Both the position numbers and the translations under genes were made by a program. Source: Patescibacteria group bacterium (GTDB lineage Bacteria; Patescibacteriota; Minisyncoccia; Phycocordibacterales; GCA-2747955). From it: a stretch of 64,000 nt of DNA. The notes below the pieces were generated by a model that saw only the letters and a program-made list of their open reading frames with translations, did no database searches and had not been told where the DNA came from. The DNA is taken from the NCBI GenBank assembly GCA_048538215.1, contig JBLYPV010000001.1, forward strand, positions 139,495 through 203,494, read 5' to 3'. Below are positions 1 through 7,815 of this stretch, one piece after another; the stretch's first letter is position 1; each line of letters opens with the position of its first letter.

Positions 1-1266
1 ACCATTCTATTTAATTATCTTTATGCCAAGCAAAAAGGAGGGAAGTGTATCCTGCGTTTTGAAGATACCGATAAAGAACGAAGTAGTCGTGAACACGAAA
101 AGTATGTACTAGATGCTCTACACATTTTAGGTATTACTTATGATGAAGGGCCATACCGACAATCAGAACGCACCGCTATATATTCGCAAAAGATTCAAGA
201 ATTAGTAGATGCAGATTTGGCCTACGAGGCGGAAAGCTCAAGTGATGATGAATCAAAAAAAGTAATTCGTTTTCGAAATCCAAATACTAAAATTTCTTTT
301 AATGATGCAATTCGCGGGGAGATTACCATAGACACCACTGATTTCGGAGATTTTGTAATTGCTCGCAATATTGATGATCCCCTCTATCACCTCAGTGTAG
401 TGGTAGATGATATTGAAATGGGAGTCACTGATGTAATTCGAGGAGAAGATCACATTACTTCAACCCCAAGACAAATATTACTCATCAATGCTCTGAAAGC
501 TAAGTGTCCGCGCTATGCTCATCTCCCTTTAATTATTGGTGATGACAAGAAAAAGCTTTCAAAGCGCCATGGAGCAGTGACAGTAGGAGGTTTCTTGGCT
601 CAAGGTTATCTGCCACAGGCAATCGTAAACTACCTTTCTCTTTTAGGCTGGAATCCAGGTGATAATAGAGAAATTTTTTCAATTGATGAGCTCATAGCTG
701 AATTTGATCTCAAACGAGTACAAAAGAATCCGGCAATGTTTGATTATCATAAGTTGGATGATATCAACCGACAGTATTTACTAAAGCAAGATGCGGAATA
801 TGTCGCTCAGGAAATTTATAATTTTCTTCCAAAAGATACGAGAGCGCTGTTTGAGTCAGATAGTACCAAGTCAGAGCTTATTATGGAGTTGGTAATTTTG
901 GAGCGCATTAATAAGTTTGGTGATGTAACAAAAATGGCGGATAGAGGGGAATTTGATTATTATTTTAATGCACCAGCAGTCGATATTGAGCTTATTAGAT
1001 ATAAAGAAGACACTGCCATAGAATTACAAGCATACATCCAAGAAATAATTAATATATTAGAGCAGGTCAAGCTCTGGAGTAAGGATGCTATCAAGGATGC
1101 TCTCTGGGAATATGCGAGTGGTGTAGGAAGGGGACACATACTTCATCCCCTACGTACTATTCTTTCTGGAAAAAAGGAATCACCCGATCCATTTACAATC
1201 GCGACAATCCTAGGCAAAGAAGAGACATTGAATCGTTTGCGTCAAGCTTTAAACACGGTATCATAA
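1..1266 (+). CDS. gltX: Glutamyl-tRNA synthetase, 5'-partial (reading frame is open to the window start)
   Basis: Frame 1 is open from nt 1 with no stop before 1266. The upstream translation '...RFEDTDKERS...' is the class I GluRS N-terminal region. The catalytic-core motif 'VVDDIEMGVTDVIRGEDH' is present and 'KLSKR' is a KMSKS-type motif. The M at 217 listed in the ORF track is internal. Confidence 0.9.
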   Translation, partial: TILFNYLYAKQKGGKCILRFEDTDKERSSREHEKYVLDALHILGITYDEGPYRQSERTAIYSQKIQELVDADLAYEAESSSDDESKKVIRFRNPNTKISFNDAIRGEITIDTTDFGDFVIARNIDDPLYHLSVVVDDIEMGVTDVIRGEDHITSTPRQILLINALKAKCPRYAHLPLIIGDDKKKLSKRHGAVTVGGFLAQGYLPQAIVNYLSLLGWNPGDNREIFSIDELIAEFDLKRVQKNPAMFDYHKLDDINRQYLLKQDAEYVAQEIYNFLPKDTRALFESDSTKSELIMELVILERINKFGDVTKMADRGEFDYYFNAPAVDIELIRYKEDTAIELQAYIQEIINILEQVKLWSKDAIKDALWEYASGVGRGHILHPLRTILSGKKESPDPFTIATILGKEETLNRLRQALNTVS

Positions 1267-1270
1267 TAGT

Positions 1271-2059
1271 ATGAAGCACTTCATCGTAATGCTCAGTATG
1301 GTACTTTTAGCTGGAGCAATTATTACAACTGGTCTCTGGCAGCGAGAGCAAGAGCGATTAGCTCTTGAATTTGCCAGAGAACAAGCTATGCAAAATCGTA
1401 GCACTCCTCCCCCTAATATAGATAACACTACAAGTGATACAGACCCATTTGGCTTGTTTGGACCAGAAGAGACAGCTTATGAAGTAACGCTCTCCACAGA
1501 ATGGACCCCAGATAATCATGGTGAGTACTTTTTATCGACTGCCCATTTTTCTTCACCAGTAGTATGGGTGGGCAAAGATAACCCAGTATTTAGTCTGCAG
1601 GCCCCTGCAAGCCCAGGGATTGAAGAGATGGCAGAAGAGGGCCGTACGCGTACTTTAAAGAAAGAATTAGAAGCTTTACTGGAATTAGGGGAGATCCAAT
1701 CATTTAATATTTATGAACGAGTGGAGACACCAGATACATTTTCATTTGAGGTCAAAGTGGATAGAGATCACTCAGTGATTTCCCTCGTATCAATGATCGC
1801 ACCATCACCAGATTGGTTTGTGGCTCTCGAGGGGCTAGATATGCTCAAAGAGGGAAGCTGGCGTAAACAAGTAGAGATTCCGCTTCTGGTATTGGATGCA
1901 GGTACTGAAGATGGATCAGATTTTCGTTTATTGAATACTGATACAAATCCGCGAGGAGTAATTAGTACATTAGTGGACATACCAGCTCAAGAACTACCAC
2001 CTTTTGCTACCCTTAGATTCCGTGAGATTGGATATAGTGAGGTGAATCAACAAAAATAG
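1271..2059 (+). CDS. Membrane-anchored or secreted protein, possibly with a spondin_N-like domain
   Basis: The N-terminal segment is hydrophobic. 'APSPDWFVALEGLD' resembles the SPDWFVG signature of spondin-N domains. The ORF follows gltX closely. The domain assignment is from memory only. Confidence 0.4.
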   Translation: MKHFIVMLSMVLLAGAIITTGLWQREQERLALEFAREQAMQNRSTPPPNIDNTTSDTDPFGLFGPEETAYEVTLSTEWTPDNHGEYFLSTAHFSSPVVWVGKDNPVFSLQAPASPGIEEMAEEGRTRTLKKELEALLELGEIQSFNIYERVETPDTFSFEVKVDRDHSVISLVSMIAPSPDWFVALEGLDMLKEGSWRKQVEIPLLVLDAGTEDGSDFRLLNTDTNPRGVISTLVDIPAQELPPFATLRFREIGYSEVNQQK

Positions 2060-2085
2060 AGCTGTCTTTATGTTAGTATTAAAAT

Positions 2086-2718
2086 ATGAAAATATCGCGA
2101 AATATTTATTTCGTTCGTCATGGGCAAACAGATGCAAATGTCGGTGATTATCCTCAAGCAAATGAATCCAAGCTCACCCTATGTGGGCACAATCAGGCCA
2201 AGGTAGTGGCAGATCGTGTATCAAAATTATCTATTGATGGTATTTATACAAGCCCGCTTCAGAGAGCTCAAGAAACTGCAGAGCATATCTCTAATGCTTT
2301 AGGCTTAGACTATAAGACACTAGATTTACTTAGTGAGCGCAAAAAGCCCAGCGATTTGATAGGATTGTCTCGACATAAGGGCAAAGGAAAGGAAATATAT
2401 GCGCAGATTGAAGCTAATTGGGGTAAGAATGATTGGCATTACAGTGACGAGGAGAATTTTGATGATTTATATATACGAATTGAAGCATTGATTGATTACT
2501 TAGAAAATAATACACAAGGAAATATTCTATGTGTAACTCATGGATATATATTGAGGCTTATTGTTTGTTTTTTAATCACACGCTCACGCGATAGCGAGCA
2601 CTATTTACAAGCTACAAAATCGCTCAAATTTGAAAATACAGGTATTACTCATGCATATATAGAAGGGCAAAATTCTTGGCACTTTGGATCAATCAATGAT
2701 TCCACCCATCTTTCGTGA
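2086..2718 (+). CDS. Histidine phosphatase family protein (phosphoglycerate-mutase-like)
   Basis: The N-terminal 'FVRHGQTDAN' is the RHG catalytic motif of the PGM/His-phosphatase superfamily. The length of ~210 aa fits. Confidence 0.75.
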   Translation: MKISRNIYFVRHGQTDANVGDYPQANESKLTLCGHNQAKVVADRVSKLSIDGIYTSPLQRAQETAEHISNALGLDYKTLDLLSERKKPSDLIGLSRHKGKGKEIYAQIEANWGKNDWHYSDEENFDDLYIRIEALIDYLENNTQGNILCVTHGYILRLIVCFLITRSRDSEHYLQATKSLKFENTGITHAYIEGQNSWHFGSINDSTHLS

Positions 2719-2725
2719 TTGTGAG

Positions 2726-2761
2726 CCCGGTACTTCGGCACCCGGGCGCCGAAGTACCGGG
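2726..2761. repeat. GC-rich perfect hairpin: 14-bp stem and 8-nt loop (cccggtacttcggc-acccgggc-gccgaagtaccggg)
   Basis: The reverse-complement stem is perfect and sits directly after the stop of the phosphatase gene. No U-tract follows, and it is very GC-rich in an AT-rich context. Confidence 0.5.
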
Positions 2762-2890
2762 TGCCTATAATTACTCACAGTATTTTATTTGGGTAAAGGG
2801 CTATACTCTTGTATGATGAAATATATTAGCAAGTGCGGATATAGCTATAGTGACTTATGAGAAACTATAGCTATTGTATAAATAATACAT

Positions 2891-3733
2891 ATGCCAACAT
2901 CATTACTCATTGTTTCTTATTTTGCGTATCTGCTCTCGGTATGGCTCGTGGCCTTAATTCCTATACTTATACTAGCTATCGTGGGCTTCTTGTATTCACT
3001 GTATGCCAAGCGCAATGATATCGCTTTAGTGCTTTTTCCAGTAGGGATAGCACTGTCTGCAATTACACTTTTTTTGATATTAGATTATCCTAGTACGGTT
3101 TTAGAAATTGTGATCATTTTAATTACTATATGGGCAACACGAAAGGCATATCACCTAGGAGCCGAGCACTTTACACGAACTAAAGAAAGTGATCAGTATG
3201 CACGGTTTCGTGATACTTGGAAATGGCTACGTGCACGAAGCTTCTTTCAGATTTTTCTTGTACAAGCTCTATATATGAGCCTCGTGCTTTCTCCGGTAAT
3301 CGTTTTTGTATTCAGTCCTGGGTATGTACCACTCTGGCAAATATTACTTGGAATGTGGTTGTGGCTTGTAGGATTTGTGTTTCAGGTGGTGGGGGATTGG
3401 CAGCTTGGCCAATTCAATAAAACACCGAGCAGATATGGCCTTGAAAAAGGAGATCTGATGACCAAAGGCATCTGGAGCATCACTCGACACCCACATTATT
3501 TTGGTGAGATTTGTATGTGGTGGGGTATTTTTATCATCACTCTGCACTCGTTTAGTGCTTGGCTACTTGTACCAAGTATTATCGGGCCAGTACTTCTTAG
3601 TTTTGTTACTTACAAGCTATCTGGAGTCAAAACTACCGAAAAATATTGGCAGGAGAAACACCCAGAATCTTTTGAAAAATATAAATCATCGACCCCCGTG
3701 CTTTTCCCTCGCATTTTTCGAAAAAAAAGATAG
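2891..3733 (+). CDS. DUF1295 / steroid-5-alpha-reductase-ICMT-like polytopic membrane protein
   Basis: There are multiple TM segments. The C-terminal 'ITRHPHYFGEICMWWGIF' matches the RHPxYxGE motif of the DUF1295/ICMT/5-alpha-reductase superfamily. Confidence 0.6.
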   Translation: MPTSLLIVSYFAYLLSVWLVALIPILILAIVGFLYSLYAKRNDIALVLFPVGIALSAITLFLILDYPSTVLEIVIILITIWATRKAYHLGAEHFTRTKESDQYARFRDTWKWLRARSFFQIFLVQALYMSLVLSPVIVFVFSPGYVPLWQILLGMWLWLVGFVFQVVGDWQLGQFNKTPSRYGLEKGDLMTKGIWSITRHPHYFGEICMWWGIFIITLHSFSAWLLVPSIIGPVLLSFVTYKLSGVKTTEKYWQEKHPESFEKYKSSTPVLFPRIFRKKR

Positions 3734-3844
3734 ACTAGCTAAAAAATATAGAATATGCTACTCTATAGGCATCTTACCAGGTGGTGCATGTCTCTCGGAG
3801 CTTGGGTCAGGTGGTGAGAAGGATTAAAAATTAAAGTACACACT

Positions 3845-4105
3845 ATGGCAAACAAGCTATTTGTAGGTAATCTTGCGTGGGAGACCACTGCTGATGACCT
3901 CAAAGAGACTTTTAGCCCTTATGGGACAGTCACTGATGCATTTGTTGCAACCGACAAATTCTCAGGACGATCACGAGGTTTCGGATTCGTAACATTCGAA
4001 GATGGAGCTAGTGCTCAAGAGGCTAAAAAGAATCTACTTGATGTAGAACTCAAAGGACGTGCAATGATGGTAGATGATGCTACCGAACGTCCACAGCGCG
4101 ACTAA
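3845..4105 (+). CDS. RRM-type RNA-binding protein
   Basis: RNP-2 'KLFVGNLAW' and RNP-1 'RGFGFVTF' are both present. At 86 aa it is a glycine-poor single-RRM protein. Confidence 0.85.
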   Translation: MANKLFVGNLAWETTADDLKETFSPYGTVTDAFVATDKFSGRSRGFGFVTFEDGASAQEAKKNLLDVELKGRAMMVDDATERPQRD

Positions 4106-4127
4106 GTATCTATTTAGATAGGGTTTC

Positions 4128-4172
4128 GCTTATAAAATACACAGGCCACTTATATGGTGCCTGTGTATTTTA
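4128..4172 (+). terminator. Intrinsic terminator after the RRM gene
   Basis: The stem 'acacaggc...gcctgtgt' is followed by 'attttatttg'. Confidence 0.5.
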
Positions 4173-4175
4173 TTT

Positions 4176-4616
4176 GTGTTAAATCGCCTAATACTGGTAC
4201 AATATAAGTATATGGATATAGAAATGATTCGTATTGGCTACGAGCTACTAGAAAAGCCAAGCTTTGCACCAGAGTCGTGGGTATTTACTTTGGCATGGGG
4301 GCTTATCTACCCTATGATTTTTGTAGCGTTTTCGCTAGCTATTTATTCGGCGGTCCGTAAGAAAATATCACAGACGATTTATTTACCATTGATGCTGAAT
4401 CTTGTTTTTAATTTGAGCTTTACTCACATCCAATTTACCTTACAAAATAATATACTAGCCACAATGTGGATTATTATAGTATTACTCTCACTTGCTTGGA
4501 TTATGTATTTCTTATGGCCCAAACAGAAAATAGCTTTTTTCCTTCTTATTCCTTATGCTGTATGGGCTAGCTTTGCTACTATTTTGCAGATCACCATTAC
4601 CATCATCAATTTATAA
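4176..4616 (+). CDS. tspO: TspO/MBR family tryptophan-rich sensory protein (true start may be the internal Met near 4224)
   Basis: The ORF is ~150 aa with 5 TM segments. 'KPSFAPESWVFTLAWGLIY' and the C-terminal 'LIPYAVWASFATILQI' match the conserved N- and C-terminal TspO signatures. Confidence 0.7.
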   Translation: MLNRLILVQYKYMDIEMIRIGYELLEKPSFAPESWVFTLAWGLIYPMIFVAFSLAIYSAVRKKISQTIYLPLMLNLVFNLSFTHIQFTLQNNILATMWIIIVLLSLAWIMYFLWPKQKIAFFLLIPYAVWASFATILQITITIINL

Positions 4617-4624
4617 ATGAGCTA

Positions 4625-5377
4625 ATGCTGGATCTTAGAAAAAATCAAGTGCTCCTCGAGGGCTTTCATGCCTCTAAGCACGCAATACGATTTGGAGCTT
4701 GTATTGTGGAGCTTGTAAGCCCTAATTTAAAGGATTTGAAAAAGATGACGGATTCTTATGCTCCTGATATTGAAGCGTACTTAAATTCAAAAGTACGAAA
4801 GATCAGCGAGGAGGGATTTAGCGCTTATAGTGATATTGATATTCGTACACCTCTCGCTGGGATCGCGAAAAGGAAAGAATATACGATAGAGGATATTGAT
4901 AAAAATAAAAATATAATCCTGCTTGACTCACCTAGAGATCTCGAAAATATTGGAGCAGTAGTGCGGGTGGCGGCTGGCCTTGATCTTGCGGCTTTATGTA
5001 CAACTGGAGAGCATGATCCTTGGCATAAAAATTGTATTCGAGCTAGCCAAGGGATGCATTTTGCCTTACCAGTAATTCATTTAAGTGATCAAGATTCCGA
5101 GCTTATGAGTGGTAGAGAACTTTGGGTATTTGATGAATCAGGAGATGATCTCCGAGATTTAGATATACCAAATGATGCTATATTACTTTTCGGAAGTGAA
5201 AGGAATGGAGTAAGTAAAGAGTGGCTCAATCGAGCCGATCGGGTAGTGCGTATTCCTCAGATAGGTTTAATGTCGAGCTATAATTTAGCTACCGCTGTAG
5301 CAATGGGAGCCTATCACGCCAGATTTTGCTCATACAAAGCTGGGGACATAGCCCGTGAAGCAAAGCTTCACTCGTGA
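4625..5377 (+). CDS. TrmH/SpoU family RNA 2'-O-methyltransferase
   Basis: 'NIGAVVRVAAG' and 'LLFGSERNGVS' are SPOUT-class motifs. Confidence 0.8.
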   Translation: MLDLRKNQVLLEGFHASKHAIRFGACIVELVSPNLKDLKKMTDSYAPDIEAYLNSKVRKISEEGFSAYSDIDIRTPLAGIAKRKEYTIEDIDKNKNIILLDSPRDLENIGAVVRVAAGLDLAALCTTGEHDPWHKNCIRASQGMHFALPVIHLSDQDSELMSGRELWVFDESGDDLRDLDIPNDAILLFGSERNGVSKEWLNRADRVVRIPQIGLMSSYNLATAVAMGAYHARFCSYKAGDIAREAKLHS

Positions 5378-6644
5378 TAAAATAAGTAGTATGAAAAAGA
5401 CATTAACCCCTTTTCTTTTGCTTGCAATAGCACTACCTATGATAGCATGGGGGGCCACTCGTTTTATTCCTTCCGATGTTAAATATATTTTTTTAGATGA
5501 ACGCGGGGGTGATGAGTATAGAATTATTGTAGAAAATAAAAAAGGAGGATTGTACCGTATGGGTGAGGTAAATTATAGCGGTAGTCGCTATCAATTATAC
5601 GAAGACATTGCAGATGAGATAAATCGTCATCGATTCTATACTTCGTTTGATGACGATGATATCGGAGATTTGCTTTGGGGGCTTGTGCCTTTTACACCTG
5701 AAGAAATTGCAGACATTCGCTCAAATTTTAGCGAAGGGAAAGATGGTGATTTTCTCACTCTATATATACGATTCACTACTGGAGATTCTACATCTCATAA
5801 GGTGAAAATTGATAAAACATTTACAAGCTCTGCTGATGTTTCTGCATTCATAGCTCAGACTATCAATGATATGGACAAGCTAAAAGAGGGCAAAATTGAT
5901 GTTGCTATGGTGCAGGATTTGCATGAAGAGGCATACACAGGTCTTTCATATTTTGCCCCTCAATTAAATTCTGTAGTGTTTGAATATGATGATGAGGAAT
6001 TGATGTTTACAGTGAAAATTTCTTTTGCCAATGAAGAAACGAGAGAGTTTGATCTTCCATATAAAACTTCCAAAAAAGAATTAGTAGCTCTTGCAACAGA
6101 GTATATCAATGACACTTTTGTAGAGTATGATGATGCCGACTTTTTTACCAATGAAATTCAATCATACACAAGTTGGAAAAACACACCATGGATGATTGAT
6201 GATATTGAAGAAATTCATTTTGCGACCAGTACGGATGATTTAATAAGCGTACAATTTACTGTTAAGTCGCGCCTTTCAAGTACTTTGATAGGTACCACTA
6301 TTCTTTCAACGGACAAAGAGGTCGATATAAACAATCTCGACGCTTTAGCTTCTGTTGCTACAGAGCTTTTAGAAGAAAATCAATTATTTGTACATCAATT
6401 TGATGAACAAGCTGTGCGGAAAATTCTAGCCAAAACTATGGGCATAGAAATACCAGACAAAGAGGATGACTCGTCTGTTTCAACGAATGATTCTACTGAT
6501 GAATCAGAAGTGAGTGGTGGAGAAGAAGAAATTCTTACTCAAAAGGATGAAGATGAACAGGAAAAAATGTACGCTTTGTTGCTGATGATTATTTTGCAAT
6601 ATATTATAGATAATAATTTAGACATTGACATATCTAATTTTTAA
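5355..6644 (+). CDS. Hypothetical secreted protein with an acidic C-terminus (start probably the Met at 5391)
   Basis: There is a signal-peptide-like 'MKKTLTPFLLLAIALPMIAWG'. This is a long ORF with an Asp/Glu-rich tail and no recognisable motifs. Confidence 0.5.
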   Translation: MKQSFTRDKISSMKKTLTPFLLLAIALPMIAWGATRFIPSDVKYIFLDERGGDEYRIIVENKKGGLYRMGEVNYSGSRYQLYEDIADEINRHRFYTSFDDDDIGDLLWGLVPFTPEEIADIRSNFSEGKDGDFLTLYIRFTTGDSTSHKVKIDKTFTSSADVSAFIAQTINDMDKLKEGKIDVAMVQDLHEEAYTGLSYFAPQLNSVVFEYDDEELMFTVKISFANEETREFDLPYKTSKKELVALATEYINDTFVEYDDADFFTNEIQSYTSWKNTPWMIDDIEEIHFATSTDDLISVQFTVKSRLSSTLIGTTILSTDKEVDINNLDALASVATELLEENQLFVHQFDEQAVRKILAKTMGIEIPDKEDDSSVSTNDSTDESEVSGGEEEILTQKDEDEQEKMYALLLMIILQYIIDNNLDIDISNF

Positions 6645-6673
6645 TTGACAAATTAATTTAGAGAGGTACAATC
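6645..6673 (+). promoter_or_regulatory. Sigma70-like promoter, TTGACA-16nt-TACAAT
   Basis: Near-consensus -35 and -10 boxes sit immediately upstream of the GC-rich small ORF. A GGAGG sequence lies 7 nt before the ATG at 6709. Confidence 0.5.
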
Positions 6674-6708
6674 GTGGGGAAGTGAGGACTTTATATGGAG
6701 GAAAACTT

Positions 6709-7137
6709 ATGCAACGGCTTGCAGTGATCGCCCTCATCTTTCTTTTTTCAAGCACTGGCACTCTGTCTGCACGTACAAGTGATGCGTGCTTCATCGACCC
6801 CAGGGAAACGATCGGGGTGATCAATGAAATCATCAAGCAAGAGATTCTGCGTGGCGGATTCTATGGTACGGGGATCTACCAATTCTGGCATGGCAAGGCC
6901 ACGGTTGAAATCATTTGGAAGAGGGAGGAATACCTCCCCCAAATGATCATCACCGGCGTCTACAAAGGCTCACCTGTACGCTATATCAATTACGGTATGG
7001 ATGAGCGTATCAACGAGGTCACTTACCGCGGAAAGCGACGGCCAGTGACCTTCGATGCCGAATCCGATGCTTGTGAAATTTACAAGCGGGTGATGGAGAC
7101 ATATGGCATCAAGGTGGAGCGTCGCTCGCCCATATAA
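6709..7137 (+). CDS. Small secreted hypothetical protein in a GC-rich cassette
   Basis: There is a signal peptide 'MQRLAVIALIFLFSSTGTLSA' and a strong SD. GC content is visibly higher than the flanks. It has its own promoter and terminator. The ORF track start at 6682 lacks an SD. Confidence 0.5.
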   Translation: MQRLAVIALIFLFSSTGTLSARTSDACFIDPRETIGVINEIIKQEILRGGFYGTGIYQFWHGKATVEIIWKREEYLPQMIITGVYKGSPVRYINYGMDERINEVTYRGKRRPVTFDAESDACEIYKRVMETYGIKVERRSPI

Positions 7138-7148
7138 GAAAGCTCGTA

Positions 7149-7183
7149 GCCCGGCAAACATATGATGATTTGCCGGGCTTTTG
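7149..7183 (+). terminator. Intrinsic terminator (gcccggcaaa...tttgccgggc followed by TTTTG)
   Basis: A perfect 10-bp GC-rich stem is followed by a T-tract. Confidence 0.65.
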
Positions 7184-7221
7184 AATTGTATTTGAAAAAT
7201 CTCCTGCTACACTGATACTAT

Positions 7222-7770
7222 ATGAGTACTAATATACAAGCACCGCTTGTTTGGATAGATTGTGAATTCACAAGCTTAGACTTTCATCATAATAAAATGG
7301 TAGAAATAGCTTGTGTAATTACTGATGCAGAGCTTAATATACTGGGCGAGCCAGTATCATGTATTATCGGATATACTCCAGAAGAGCTAGACCCCCTTTT
7401 AAGTGAATGGAGCAGAGAGCATTTTGAAGAATCACTGCTTCTAGAAAAAATTTACCAGAGCACTACTACTCTCCAAGAAGCAGAAGAGTGTATTTTAAAT
7501 TATCTCGGTCAGTTTACACAAAGTGGAGAGAGTCCTTTGTGTGGCAATAGTGTGAGCCAAGACCGCAGAGTACTCTATACAAATATGCCCAAACTTGATA
7601 CATTTCTGCACTATCGAATAATTGATGTCTCCACTCTGAAGGAATTAGTAAATAGGTGGCGTCCTGAGATTGCAGAATATGTCAATAAAAAACAAGCTCA
7701 CCGAGCACTCGATGATATATATGAATCAATTGAAGAATTACGGGTATATAAGAATCATTTATTCAAATAA
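7222..7770 (+). CDS. orn: Oligoribonuclease (DEDDh 3'-5' exonuclease)
   Basis: 'VWIDCEFTSLD' is the Exo I motif. The length of ~180 aa fits, and the C-terminal H/D motifs 'HRALDDIYESI' are present. Confidence 0.85.
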   Translation: MSTNIQAPLVWIDCEFTSLDFHHNKMVEIACVITDAELNILGEPVSCIIGYTPEELDPLLSEWSREHFEESLLLEKIYQSTTTLQEAEECILNYLGQFTQSGESPLCGNSVSQDRRVLYTNMPKLDTFLHYRIIDVSTLKELVNRWRPEIAEYVNKKQAHRALDDIYESIEELRVYKNHLFK

Positions 7771-7815
7771 TCTAATTTTACTAGGGTAGATAGTGATAAG
7801 TGATATAATGCTTGT

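Noticed and set aside
217-1266. ORF-track start of the first gene at Met 217
   Set aside because: The same frame is open back to nt 1. It encodes the canonical GluRS N-terminal region (RFEDTDKERS...), so the gene is 5'-truncated by the window rather than starting at 217.
2726-2761. Calling the 14-bp GC hairpin an intrinsic terminator
   Set aside because: There is no downstream U-tract. It is kept as a repeat or structural element instead.
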